64,000 nucleotides of DNA from the human T2T-CHM13v2.0 reference genome, Homo sapiens (GCF_009914755.1 NC_060931.1); one strand, 5' to 3'; counted from the first letter of the stretch, positions 47,150 to 61,262 are shown. The notes: a model not told the origin generated them from the sequence alone. Program-made: numbers and translations.

Positions 47150-47368
47150 TTCAATGTACTATGGCCCTCCTACCACCTCCAGCCCATGTCTGCTTGTTTA
47201 AATAAAGCTTTATTGGGAAACAGCCACATCCACTCCATTATGTATTATATATCGCTGTTTTCTTGCTACAAAAGAAAAGTTAAGTAGTTACAACAGAAAC
47301 CGTATAGCCTACAGAGTTGAAAATATTTACTGTCTGGCTCTTTACAGAAAAAGTTTGTTGACCTCCTG
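47150..47368 (+). mobile_element. MER58A (second copy)
   Basis: TAAATAAAGCTTTATTGGGAAACAGCCAC..AAAATATTTACTGTCTGGCTCTTTACAGAAAAAGTTTGTTGACC. Confidence 0.88.
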
Positions 47369-49113
47369 AAATATATCTTCAATTTGCCTAATTGCCTTGT
47401 TTTACAGCTATTATAATCTTTTAAAGTTAATTAGACCTAATACTTAAAGGACTATGGTTACAAATGTAAAAACTTTGTCTACTTTTGTAGGCACCCATGT
47501 GAATAGCTAATTCATTCATACCATCTAAGACAAGTGGGAAAATTTTGTTACAAGAAAAGTTAAAAATGGGAAGACATTGTCTACTATGATTCTTACTTTA
47601 TGAGAAAACTTCCTAGTACCTTCCTGTACTAAAGATAATAATGGAATATAAGTTTGGAAATATTTGAAAGATTATCTAGTTTCCTTCTAGTTATTCTATA
47701 CCAGATATGCACATATGTATTTTATTCTTTTCATTGGTATTTACTCTTCAAGAATGCTAGGTTTTAAACAAATTTGTACACAATTAAGTTAAACATTTTT
47801 GAAGTGTGAATGCTTTGGATGGTGAGGTAAATACTTGGATAAAGACAGTGCCTAGAGGAAAACAAACTGAAGTAATAAGCTTCCGGGTCTCTCTGTGACC
47901 CAAAATAGACATATAGAAATTTGCCCTTGCCTAGGTCTTAAAAGAAAAATGTACACGGCTTGCTTTTTACTAAAGACATATAAAGCACAAAATATAACTT
48001 CAGGCCTGCGAGCATTAATCATCTGGAAGATTTTTTAGAGTGAAGTTACTAGTTACTTCAGATATTATTTGAAATGAGAACAGCAAGGCCTCTGGGAAAC
48101 TGTTATATTGAGGATTTTAATCTTTATGAGAAAGGGGGAAAAAAGGTAATTTTTTCCCCAAAAGTGGTGAGTTTAGAGCGTTAGTGAAAAAAAAAAATAG
48201 ATTAGTGAAGTACCAGAAAAGATAACTCAATTTGGCCTGTTTAAAAACAAAACAAAAGAAAATACAATCATACTTTTAATTCTGCCTAGAACCCAGATCT
48301 CATTACTTGGGGGAAAATGAAGCTAATTCAGCTGATGTGTTATCACGGGACCCCCATGGTCCATACAGTCAGCGTCCCCAGGCAATGCTCAGAGTCTCTT
48401 CAATCCAGCAGCCACTTTGAACTTCCAGGAAAACACCGAAGCTATAAAAATTTTTGTACCTACATCCCTGAGCCACATTTAGTAAGCTTCCTTCCACTAC
48501 TGAGGAAAAAGCTTGCTCACCCTCTTTGCCTCAATGCCTTCATCCCAGTCTCCTACGTCCGTAGCCAAACACATGACCCTCACTCACTGAAGAAGTATGG
48601 TAATTTTGTTTTTGTCTAAGGCAGAGGGAGTAGGGAACAGGAGGGCATTTATCTTTGCTCTGGGCCCGTTTTTACTGGTCACAACATATTGTTTCTTATT
48701 TTCCTAATGAATGTAAGTTGATTAATATTCATATTGGCTTGCATAGCAAACTATAATTGTATAAAGAAACTGAATAGTAATTATTCTACCTATAACCAAA
48801 AAGAATAACAAACTGTCTAGTTTTGTGTTCCAAGAGTACTGTCCTAATTTGTGGTCTTCCTCAAACAGAATTGGCAAGATATCAGGAATAAAAGTTCACA
48901 AATGCCTCCCTACCTATTTAACCCTTCTTTAAGTCTTTAGCCCTGACTGAAAAACTTAATTTTAGATCAAGGTCCTGAGCCTATCAGGACCACATTTACA
49001 AGGAATAAAAAAGTAATGTACAATCTCACTTTCGATGAGCAGTAAATGCCCCAGAAATACCTTATTAATGCTTCCTAAGTACAAGCCACATTAAATCAGA
49101 TATGAGATAAATG

Positions 49114-49559
<446 letters not shown>

Positions 49560-49599
49560 TTATAATGAGGTAGCTAGAAAATGAAGCTGATATTATACT

Positions 49600-50075
49600 T
49601 GATATCATAATGCACATTTAAAATATCCCATTTACATATTTCTGATAACACATTTAGAAACTAATATAACAAAATAGAGCAAGTGTAGTGAACAATGATG
49701 TGGCAAGTATAGTGGATAATGAAGAAAATATTAAAAAGAATTCTATGTCAGGAAAGTTCGAAAAAACGGGGAATATTTAGCCTGATCAATAAAACATTTA
49801 TAGGGGATGCAAAAGTTGTTTTTAAACTCCTAAAAGTATGTGTTTGAAAAAGGGATTAAATTTATTTTTTGAGACTCCAAGTGAAAGAACAAGATTCATT
49901 GCATAAAAGTTTCAGATTATTTTGCAGCATAAGAAAATACATTTACTTATAATTAGGGATGTTCAAAATAGGGGCTGGGTGTCCCAGTAGAGTTTGAGAA
50001 GTAGTTTCACGAGTTAGATGGATTTCAAGATTACCTAGACTTGCCCGTTTATCTCAAAAGTTATTCTTCAATCTG
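49600..50075 (+). mobile_element. L3/CR1 3' fragment
   Basis: GGGGAATATTTAGCCTG..AAGGGATTAAATTTATTT..CTCCAAGTGAAAGAACAAGA..AATTAGGGATGTTCAAAATAGGGGCTG follows the L3 consensus order. Confidence 0.65.
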
Positions 50076-50379
50076 ATAGAATAGACAAACATGTTCAAAA
50101 TGAGCAATGCAAAATATTAAAATATAAATCTCAAGACTCCTAGTGTGAATGTTATGTTTGTTAATTCCATACAAAACAGGGATTGAAAAAAAGATGAGTA
50201 AATTTCTTTATATGAACCAGTTCAACTGAAAAATATGAACTGAACACTGCAATGTTGTAAATTAGATTGGATAATAAGAATGTATTTATTTTCACTAGCA
50301 GTATATATGCATTTAAAAAATAATAACTTTCTGTCAAAACAGAGTAACTTTTACATAGCTTTATGATAGATAGCACTTT

Positions 50380-50381
<2 letters not shown>

Positions 50382-50431
<50 letters not shown>
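50382..50431. repeat. (CA)25 microsatellite
   Basis: Perfect 50-nt run. Confidence 0.99.
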
Positions 50432-50435
<4 letters not shown>

Positions 50436-50899
50436 CCTATCTCTGGGAACCTAAAACAACAAATGTGCTTTAATTAGCCACAAAGCCACTCCTTTATATT
50501 TCATGTAGAAAAAATGATACCTCCATCAGATATAAAAACAAAAACTAAGAAGAAAATAATTTTAAAAGAACAATTGATTAGAGAAACAAATATCTACTCT
50601 GCTCAGGAAGTTACTAAATGAAAGCCAGGGAAGCTTAGGTCCTTTCATTTTGCTCAACATGTGGTGTAGACACTTCCTCCCCATCACCTCAATCCCATCT
50701 ACAGCATTACATTAGACCAGGCAGCAAGACTAGAATTATTGAGTGGTTTCGTGTTTGAGATTCTGGTTGTTTCACTAAATGCCTTTTTAATGAATACCTT
50801 AATGCACTTCTTAATCTATAGTTTCTCCATTTTTCTTTATTTTTCTCCCTAGAGATTAATATTTAGGTAAAAAGTAATACAATTCTTTTTAACTGCCAG

Positions 50900-51600
50900 G
50901 TTTCATTTGTAGTTCTTTTATTTATCTATTACTCTTTTAAAATAACTATTCTTGGATTATTAAAGCAAGATTCTTAGAGTCAACATTCCTGTACAATGAT
51001 GACTTATTAGAGGAAGCAATTGCATACAAATATACTACCACATTAAAGCAGGTATGAATTTTGAAATGGGTTTTACTTATGTCAGGAATACAATGCAAAT
51101 GCAAATATTCCCCTGTGTAAAATAACAGCAAATGAAAGGAAATGAACATAAACTACTGATTCAACTGATTTCAATCAATGCTAGTAAGGATGTAGAAATA
51201 GATGGTTTAGAAATTTTCAAGAAGGTTACAGATACTAATCCACTTCTTGAGTTATTTAATATGTCTTCAATAGAATCACATGCTGATGGATCTTTATTTA
51301 TATCCAATAATTAATGTCTTGCTTACATATTTTATTCATTCACTAATTGTGAAAAAAGTTAGAACACTAGCAAAATAATTTTTAAACCTCTCATTTTTAT
51401 TTCATTGCTGTCTTCTGCTTTATTTCTACAGCCCTCCTCTCACTTATTAAAAATTGAAGTTGACATCTGAAAATTAGTGGAATAACATACTTTTGACAAA
51501 TTTATTTAATAGATGATTGTGTTCTTTAAAAAATCCATCTATACTACATTTTTTACAATCACAGTATTAATAAGAAAAGATAATTTATTTGGGGTGGTAT
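50900..51600 (+). mobile_element. Decayed hAT (Tip100-like) transposase 3' region
   Basis: Frameshifted translation LYPIINVLL..TNCEKS*..KIIF..LSLIKIEVDI*KL..FDKF resembles the hAT dimerisation domain. Confidence 0.5.
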
Positions 51601-54129
51601 AATTATTATTGATTTACTTTCACTTTTAAATATACTTTCAGTGTAACACAGTGCTCTAGTGCTACTACTTTATCAGGTTTACAGTCATTTTTGCAAAATG
51701 ATTTTGATCTTAGTACTGTTCAAATAAAGTGGATTGATAATCAATGAAATAAAATTCTATACAAATTGTTTTGATCTATATACATTGGTTTAAGTAGTTT
51801 TCCTAATGGCACATGCTCAAGGAGAATATTCTAAAGCCCATGTTTCATTTTTCAAAACTGTACATTATGAAAGTAAAAGAGACTGTGATATATTTATGTT
51901 GTGCATAACTTCATACTGATTTGTAAATATTGCTTGCATCTGGCTTCAGAATTCCTTACTTAATTATATTAGATACATTCTTAATGATGTATACCCAGTT
52001 ATGAATGCCACAAACACTGAAAGATATTAAAAAAAGTTTTCCTTATCTAGTAAGTATTGGCAGATGTGTTTTTGCAAATGTGACCAAATTAAACCAGAAT
52101 AATATTTAAACAATTGAAGATGATGAGAGGATAGGAAAATTATTTCTACCACTTGAAAATTTGACTGCATTTGCTTAACATATTTGAGTAATTGACAATT
52201 TAAGATTTGTATACATTTTCCTATTTCTGGGAGCATTCATTAAAATATGGCTTCATTTTTCAGTGGGACGTAGTTTACTTTTCTTACAACATGTTCCAAA
52301 TCACAATTGTATATTACTACCTGGGCTCCACTAACTTCAAATTTACCTTACTTTCACCAAATATAGGTAGTGGGATAAACTTCTAAAATATTACTAGAAA
52401 TGCTTTCCCTCTTGCATTTTATTTATCTCTAAAAATGCAGTTTATGTCAGTGTTATAGGGCCCTGTACAAAGGAAATGAAGAGATCTGAGTGGGCTGGAA
52501 TCTGGTCCCTACCCTACTCACCAAGCCACTCACCAATCCTCTGCTGTGGCCGCAATGACTGGGAGGAAGGGAATTTTTCCTTGCTAAAAGCTAAGGAATA
52601 CCACTAATATTTATTCATATATATGACTACATGAACTTTTAAATTAATTCTAAGTAACAATTGGCTATTAAAAATTAAGCAGCAAATGCACAGACCTTAT
52701 TTTCTCAGAATAATAAAAGTTTTCACTTTTGGTAATGTATTTATTCATCTAAATGATAGATACTATGATGTTTAAAAAATGAAATAAATATAATAGTGGC
52801 CTTCCATTTCCTGACATATATAACTAAAACTATTAAGAAATTAAAACCTTCACTGTATTAAAAAAAAAAAAAAAAGCTAGTGTCCCATTGCCAAGCATTG
52901 CACATAGAAGGCCAGTCTACCCAGATGTTGTGTGGTTTCTACTGCATCCACCCAGAGGTGATGTCTTTTTCTGAGTCACACAAGTTTGAAGTATAGATCA
53001 TGGTTATCACAGACTCCTCCAGTGATTCAGCATAGTGCACAGACAAAGGAAAAGAAGGAAGGCACACAGAAATCCAGAGAGAAGTAAGAAGTCAAATTAT
53101 TTGATTTTGGATTCAAAAACAATCTTTGAAAGTCAAGAAAGATACTAAAGCTTTGAGAGGAAATGCTTTGATTTACAGGAAACTAGTTCTTTTGAGTTTC
53201 AAAAGGCTGAGACCTGAAAGATATAAAAAAAGATAGAAAACAGTAGATGGAAAGCTGAACTTACCCAGAAAAGAGGTAAATGTTCTCATGTTGGGAGAGA
53301 AGGGACTATTTGAAGGGAAGAATAAAACCTAGACAATGGCAGGGCCTTGATAAGAGACCTCTAATTTTCTCTTCCCTCCAGGCTCAAGTTTTCAGAGAGG
53401 ATAGAAAATGGAATCCTCAAATATTTGGAATCCTAAAAAAGAATGAAACTTGTTTTTTGACTTCCAGAACAAGTCTAGGGTTCATGACAAGCCTTACAGA
53501 GTTCCCAGGACTCAAATGGAGTACAACAGCTATAGAGTTGACATGGGGATAATGTACCTCATCAGAGATGGATAGAAATAGAACACGCTGCTTTCCTGTA
53601 GCTCCCAAACAGCTCTGCAGACTATGAAAAAAAAAAAAATTTGTGGCTCTGAGAAAGAAATCAAAAGGGAACAAAGAGATCTGGTGACATGAAGAGGTTG
53701 GGTAGACTAAGGAAAAGGTAGTAACCTACAGGGACCTAATAAATGGATCCCAGGCCAACGGATGCAAATAGCTCCAGCAATTCTAGCTAAGGTAACTCAG
53801 CAGGTGCTTCTCTGAACTACTACCTGGGCTCTCTTTCAGGTAAGAAAAATGGGGGTGGACATAGGCAAACCTGTTTGATGGAAAAAACTCTACATTGATA
53901 AAAACATTTCCTCTACTTGGGCTTGTATGATCTTAATTTGGTTATGGATTTCAATAAAGACAGTTGCATTTTCTATATGGCCATGTTTATAGCCTATGAA
54001 AATTCATAGTGTATATCACATTATGTTTAAATGGCCATTAAAGTATGATTGCATTTTCAAAGTTCCATTTATTTACAATTTTGGGGGGACTTGGTTGTCA
54101 CCACAGTTTACTCATTCATGATTGCAATT

Positions 54130-54275
54130 TGAAGGACCTTATGAATTACCCAGAGATATCTTTGCATCTAAGGTGAGAAAAATGATTTGAGACAGATGAA
54201 GTAACTTGCTCCATATGTGACTGAGCAGGGTCACAATTTAAACCTCTAGACTTTTCCCCAGTAATGCTTTTTCTA
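54130..54275 (-). mobile_element. MIR/MIR3 fragment
   Basis: GAAGGACCTT..GGTGAGAAAAATGA..GAAGTAACTTGCTC..CAGTAATGCTTTTTC. Confidence 0.55.
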
Positions 54276-56614
54276 GGTTTGTTTTTCCACTCTCCCATGT
54301 ACAGTAGTAGAGACCCATCTTAAGTTTCTATCAAATATTCCTACCTTAAAGTAACTATCAAGTAAACGCATTGACAAAACTAAATCATTTGCCTGAAAAC
54401 TAGAGTCATTGTTTTATTAATATCAAATTAACACAAAGGAATTAACCCATATTAATTTATATGTGGATATAATTACATGAATATTTATCTGTATACTATG
54501 GATGTGTGAGCAGGAAATAGGTTTTGCAGGTTCAGAAATATTTATGCCTGTTGATCAACTTTAGAAATATTTCTTTAAGGCTAGGTATTGGTTAAAAAGC
54601 AAATGATTCTAATCTTCGATAAATTACACTGTCACAGCAAATAGACCCAGATAAAGGAACTAAATTTAGTTATCACGGTGTCCCAATGTGTGAAATGAAA
54701 CATGGCCTTAGGTATCATCACTGCATATTTTAGAAAACATAATCTTTTTTCCTGAATGTATTTGCGTAGTAAAATCATTTAATTATAATGTGTGAATGTG
54801 TATATAAAGACTTCAGTGAGAACACAAAGTCTCTCAGAAATTTCACTTAGAATAAGATTGTAGATAAAATACGAGGCATTTTTATGCCGGGTGTGAAAAA
54901 GCTGACTAAAATATTTACGTATTAATATCTCATTGCAAAGATCACTGTTAGCTCATTGGCCTTAAATTATTCACTAAGTTCAATGGTTATTATTTTTGGC
55001 TGCTGCAGTCAGACCTTATAAATACATTTCTAAGGTCACACACTCTACTTTTCATCTAAATCTTTCTCCACCTTTCCTCTTTTAAAAGTGAACATTAAAT
55101 GAAATTACCTGACATTCAACCTTAGTGAGTCAAACACTTTTTTCAACCGCAAATGAAACTACAAGGATATTATTTTTTATATTATTTAAGAGTGATGCAG
55201 AAGCCAGGAAATATGGGATTTTAGTATCAACTTTAATAAATGTTATTTTTTTAAATGGCAAGCACAACAGTACATCTCTTGTTTAAGAACAAAAATTATC
55301 ATATCAAAATAATTTCCAACTTTATTTTTGTTAATACATTAGCCATAGTTATCTTAAATAGATCATTTATCCTTCTTGTTAGCATCTTTGCACAATAGAT
55401 ATTTTTAAGAATTTTGCCTATGTGTTTTATCACATATTGACTTAGTTATGGCATGTAGTAGTCTGAAAAGTAGGAATCTCAAATCACTGTGGGGCTGGAA
55501 GGACCTTTTTATTTTTTACCACTCAAATTTCACTTTGCTTTGAATTCAAACACAGTAAAGGATACATTTTCTCATAGTGGGGGTGCAAGGACCTGCTGAG
55601 AACAGCCTGATTCAGATCAAAGAGTCAATGTAGAATTTAGACACAAGTGTACCTTTTGTTAAGAATAAGTTTGGGAACCCAGAAGATGCAACTACACTCT
55701 TGACCTGTGGTTGATCTTGTGAAGTCAGTTCCCATTATGCGTCGGTCGGGTTGCCTGTGATGTCAAGTAACCACACATTACCAACCACAAGTACCAGTGA
55801 ACTATATTTCATTCTATATAATGTACAACATACTTTTCAACTCTTGGTATTTTGGGCATTCTCTCTGAGTCAAATGCTGTGTCATTTTCCTCTGCTTCCC
55901 CATGCCTCTCAATGTTTCTGCCTGATTGTGATGCACTTTCTTTCATGTCTAACTATCCAATTCATATCAAAACATGAATTTATAAGACAAATATTTGTGA
56001 AAGTCAACTAGGGAGTAAGCATTGTATTAACAATGCTTCTAAAGTCTCTCTGACCTAGAACTCGGCCCCCAGGCTTCCAGAAATGTCTATCTGGTTCAAC
56101 ACCATTTCTCTTCTGAATGCATAGCTCTGCTGTACTGCTTCCAGCCAGACCTCACACTGACCTCTTCCCCTGTGTTCTCAACTCCCCATGGCCATTCTGT
56201 CAAACTTTTTTCTTGGCGCATGAATGTCCTTTCCATTTCCTCTTCAGTTCTCTAAGGAACACTATGACTCTGGCTGCCAAATGGATAGGATGCTTTTTAA
56301 GGCACAGCTTTGAAAAAATGGCCACTTGGTGAATGACAATAACCAAATCTTAAAAGAAAATTCATTAGCGTGTTCTTGGGAAGCTTGGAGGACAGCTACG
56401 TCTACGTCTATGCAAGGTAATAGTAGCAGATCACCTGGAAGCAAAACAGGATTTTGATTGTTATTAAAAAAAATTAAAGCTGATCATCAAGATATGGTTC
56501 CCACTAGGAAAACAAATGTATTATGAAGGAAAGAGCAATAGATGAAGAGATGGAGAGACAAGTCTCCATTAAATCTGAAACTCTAACTATAGGGTGACAA
56601 GAGGAAGAGCATGG

Positions 56615-56700
56615 GTGTTTGTTCATAGTTATGGAGTACCTACTATATGCTAGGCTCTGTGTTGTGTCCTAGAGATACAGAATGAACAGTCAGAAAATGT
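56615..56700 (-). mobile_element. L2 3' tip
   Basis: TATGGAGTACCTACTATATGCTAGGCTCTGTGTTG. Confidence 0.6.
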
Positions 56701-57214
56701 AACCTTGAGTATAAGCAAATGTTTCTTTGAGTACTTGACCTTGAAGCTAAAATTCTGTCAATACACAGATACTTTGAAAAGCACTGCAGTGAATGGAGTG
56801 ATGTTCTCTATCAGTAGATCTTTCACCTAGTCATTGATGGCATGGGTGGAGTATCCCTCAATAATATCTATCTGCATTCACTCTGATTTCATGATCACCA
56901 AACAACCACATAATTACTAATTATCTTCCAAGGTATCATAAAACTGGAAAGCAGACACTTTAGCTACAAAAAAATCCTAGATACTGAAATTAAATATTTA
57001 TATAGTCAGTATTGCCTTACACGGAGAGATTTTTGTGACATTAGTTGGATAAGAACCTTAAACCTGTGATGCAGAGAAATATTCCAGGTAGAGACTCAGA
57101 ACAACTGTCTAAGCATGCATTATGGCTCACACTGACACTCTGCATTCTCTAATTTAGCTATTGAAAACTTTGGTAGCATAGGGACTGAGTACTCCTTTGA
57201 GAGGCAAAAAGAGG

Positions 57215-57445
57215 AGGTGAACAGAGTAGACTCTGGAATCAGACCACCTGAGTTCTCATTCTTGTTTTACTACCTAAATGTGATATATTCCTAGGCAAGT
57301 TATTTGACCTTTCTTTGCTTCTGTTACCTCATCTGGGAATGTAAGTAAACTAATACCTGCTTCTTTGGGCTGCTGAAAAGATTAAGTGATACATAGCTCA
57401 TATATTAGAAAAATGTTTATAATAAATTTCAATTGTTGGCTTTAT
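57215..57445 (+). mobile_element. MIR
   Basis: GACTCTGGAATCAGAC..CTGAGTTC..GGCAAGTTATTTGACCT..TTACCTCATCTG. Confidence 0.8.
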
Positions 57446-58296
57446 TGCAAATATTTGTTTACAAGTGTGGCTCCAACTTTCATTTAGCTAACTCTTGTTT
57501 ATCCTTCAATATCTTAGCTCACATTGTAAATATACCATAGGAAAAAAAGTGAATAATACACACTTATATAGTTTAATAAATAATTAACAGTAATACAAAC
57601 ACCAATATAGATAACGTTGAATCTATACTTGACAAAGTGGTTGTACAAATTTATGTCCCCACTAGCAATGTATGAGAACCCTTATTTATTCATGTCCTTA
57701 TCAACAGTTTATAGAGTCCAAATTAAGGTTTTCAAAACAGGTGGGTGTGTAATACTAATATATTGCAGTTTTTACTTGCATTTCTCTGATTTCTAAAAAT
57801 TAGATTTGAATGGCATTCCTAAAATTATTTATCATTCATAGTTCTTCAAGATTCCTATTTGTATGTTTTGACCAATATACTTTTAGTTGTTTTTTTTTTT
57901 AATTTATTTTCCTATTGGTTGTTGGGAAATCTTTACATGTTCTAGATACTAATCTTTTGTTGATTACTATAAAGAATATCTTCTAAGTGGTGGCTTCTCT
58001 TTTATTCTCTTCATCGTGTCTTTCAATTAGCTAAGAGCTTAACTAATATGTATAGATTTTATTTAGTGAATATACAGCACCAACCTTTTGCTTTATGGAT
58101 TGGGATTTTTTGTATCTTTTTAAAAACATACTTCGTATCTTAATGTTATAAAGATCCTCTCATATATTCTCTTGTACTAATTTCCACATAGATGTTCTTA
58201 ATATTTTGAACATTTTTCTATGGTACGATACAAGGATCCTATTTCCTTTTTATTGGTTTATTTTTTCAAGAAGGACAAACAAGAATAACAAGCACC

Positions 58297-58604
58297 TGCC
58301 AGGCGTGGTGGTTCACGCCTGTAATCCCAACACTTTGGGAGGCTGAGACAGGCAGATTGCTTGAGTTCATGAGCTCGAGTTCAACCTGGGCAACATGGTG
58401 AAACCCTGTCTGTACCAAAAGTACCAAACATTAGCTGGGAGTGGTGGCGTGTGCCTGTGGTCCCAGCTACTTGGGAGGCTGAGGAGGGAGGATCGCCTGA
58501 GCTCAGGAGGCAGTTTGCAGTGAGCTGAGAGTGCCACTGCACTCCAGCCTGGGCAACAGAGGTGGACTCTGTCTCAAAAAAACAAACAAACAAACAAACA
58601 AAAC
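58297..58604 (+). mobile_element. AluJ with (AAAC)n tail
   Basis: J-type GGAGGATCGCCTGAGCTCAGGAG; TSD AATAACAAGCA(C/T)C at 58284 and 58605. Confidence 0.95.
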
Positions 58605-58689
58605 AATAACAAGCATCGAAGCTCCTTTTACTGAATTCTTATTTAATGCATTTATCATATTTTCACTTATGATCTGAAATGTCAGTTTT

Positions 58690-58797
58690 ATATACGTATG
58701 TGTGCATGTGAATGTGTGTTTGTATGTATATACAGAGAGACACAGAGTGTGTATACATGTGTGTATATATCTAGATATATATAGAGAGAGAGAGAGG
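58690..58797. repeat. Compound (TG)/(TA)/(GA) simple repeat
   Basis: Alternating dinucleotide tracts. Confidence 0.7.
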
Positions 58798-60635
58798 GCA
58801 AGGCTGAAAGTCATTTATAGTGTCTCATTATTTTGATGGTCTAAATAATTGTGAATAATTTCCATTGTGATTTCTTCTTTGTTATTGACTTACTAAGAAT
58901 TGTATGTTTAAATTTCCAAATATTTAGAGTATTTTATTTTACTGATTTATAATTAAATTATGCTGTAATATAGGAATGTCAGCTTTGAAATTTGCTGAGA
59001 CTTGCTCTATGGACTATTCTGCAGTCAATGTTGGTAAAGTACTCTGTGTTTTAAGAAATATATTCTCCATTTAAGTGCAGGGTTTATATGGGACTTTTGG
59101 ATTAAGATTAATATTTCCAATATTAAAATCTTTCTTCTTTTGAGTTTAATATATTGAGTAGGAAGAGAGTTGCATTAAATTATATGCTCTGATAGTGAAT
59201 TTTTCAAATTCTTTTTGTACATTTGTCACTTTTTTATATGATTTGAACCTATGTTATTTGGCACATACCAGTTTAGAATTGTTATATCTTCTCAATGAAT
59301 TCAAGCTTCCATTAATATATACTAATACCCTTTTGTCATGCTGTTTTAGCTATAAAATATTTTGGTCTAATTGCTACACCAGTAATTGTATTAATATTAG
59401 CCTGGCCTTTACTTTTCAACACTTCTTTCAGCCTGCCTATTTTGTAAATTTATGTATTATAAACACAATATGATCAAATATTTGAGACCAAACTGACAAT
59501 CTTTAAAGTCAATATTTTATTTTAAAAAAAATCATTGTCATTACTTTCTATTATTTCCCCACTTAAATTTTGGTTTTAGTTATTCACATTTATTTTCCTT
59601 ACTAGATTTTCCCCCCTGTATTAGGTAGAAAGTTCGGCAATCTATTTCTGTGTTCTTACGAATTTCTCTAGAAATTGTAAGGTGGTTGTTTTAATCAAAT
59701 AAACCTTTACCCTCCTCTAAGGACTTTAATGTAATCTAACGGAATTTTCTGCTTTAGACTGTACTATTTCAAGATTTTTAGATCTCATTTTTAACTGAAC
59801 AAGATAAACATCTAGTTATGATGTTACAACCAAAATTTAAACTTCACAGCTTGTTTAACATTTATTTGCTTAGTATTCCCTCTTCCATCTGATACTTTCT
59901 GCACCCATTTTTTCTTGAAATACATCATTGAGAAATTTCTATAACTAAGAATAAGTTGATAATTATTTAGTTTATGTTTGTGTTTTTGAATTTTTCTTAA
60001 ACATGGTTTTATTTTATATATAATTTTATATTGATACTTTTCTCTAAGGTCTGTGGAGAGAGAGTTCCACTGCCAAATGGTTTCCATTACTGCTATTGAG
60101 AAGTATTCTGTAAATTTACTTGTAACTTCTTTCTGGTCATCTCTTTATTCTTTCTTGACACTTCTAAGATTTTTCTCTTTTTTTGTCTTAAAGATTTCTG
60201 CAGTTTTACTACAAGGTATCCATGAATGAATTCGTTTGTCTTAATCATCTTGAATATTTTGCATACTGTATCTGTGATATCTTTTGTTAACATCTGGAAA
60301 GTATTAATGGTTATTTCTTCAAATAGTCTACTGTCTTTCCCCCTCCATTGACTCTACTATCTCCTCCGGAATGATGACGATGAATATGTTAGTCCTTCTC
60401 GTTCTTAATTTCACTTTGGTTATGTCCCAACACATTGTAAGTCTTGATTTTCTTTTCAGCTGTCTGATCTGCAGCTGATCTTATTTTAAGACTTTTTTCA
60501 GTTATTAAATAACTGCTATAAAAATTGCATTTTCTATTCTAAAAGTTTGAAGCCATTCCACTTCAAATCTACCTGGTCATTTTATATATTGCCATTTTTT
60601 GTTCATTTTTGTGACTCCATCTTATATTTTAAAAT

Positions 60636-60637
60636 AT

Positions 60638-60680
<43 letters not shown>

Positions 60681-60800
60681 TTTTAGAGATGGGGTCTTGC
60701 TTTGTTGCCCAGGTTGGTCTCAGAATACTGGGCTCAAGGGAGCCTCCTGCCTCAGCCTCCTGAGCAGTGGGGACTTCAGGCATGCGCCACTAAGCTCAGC
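60636..60800 (-). mobile_element. FLAM_A-like free Alu monomer with (TAAA)n tail
   Basis: Single ~115-nt monomer preceded on the + strand by about 12 TTTA units. Confidence 0.85.
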
Positions 60801-60894
60801 TTCTACTTAGACATTATTTTTTCTATTATGTGTTAATTTCAGCATATGAAATCTTTAAGGGTATAACTACCATATCCTTACTGTGTGTTTGCTA

Positions 60895-61262
60895 ATTTTT
60901 TAAATAAGCTTTATTTTTTAGAGCAGTTTTAGGTTCATAGCAAAATTGAGCAGAAGTACTGAGAATTCCCATACTCCCTCTGCCCCATACAAATGCATAG
61001 CCTCCCTCATTATCAACATCCCCCACCTGAGTGGTACCTTTGTTACAACTGATGAACCTACACTGACACACGATTATCATCAAAAGTTCATAATTTACAT
61101 TAGGGTTCAAGCTCAGCGTTGTAAATTCTACAGGTTTAGACGAATGTTTAATTACATGTTATAAATAGCATCATACAGAGTATTTTGACTGCCCCCAAAT
61201 CCTCTGTTTTGCCTATTTAATCCTCTCTCCTTGCTAATCTCTGGGAACTACTGACCTTTTTG
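60895..61262 (-). mobile_element. L1MC1-like 3' end
   Basis: TTTTTAGAGCAGTTTTAGGTTCATAGCAAAATTGAGCAGAAG..GATGAACCTACACTGACAC. Confidence 0.85.

Larger units (their letters stand above)
57600..60890 (-). mobile_element. Old L1ME-like remnant, fragmented
   Basis: CCCCACTAGCAATGTATGAGA, TTGCATTTCTCTGATT, GAAATTTGCTGAGACTTGCT; ORF1-like peptide on the minus strand (60093-60293: KILEVSRKNKEMT). Confidence 0.7.

Noticed and set aside
48317-48619. 100-aa ORF in a slightly GC-richer patch
   Set aside because: No recognisable domain and no supporting splice or promoter context
50161-50430. ORF starting CVCVCV
   Set aside because: Translation of the (CA)n microsatellite
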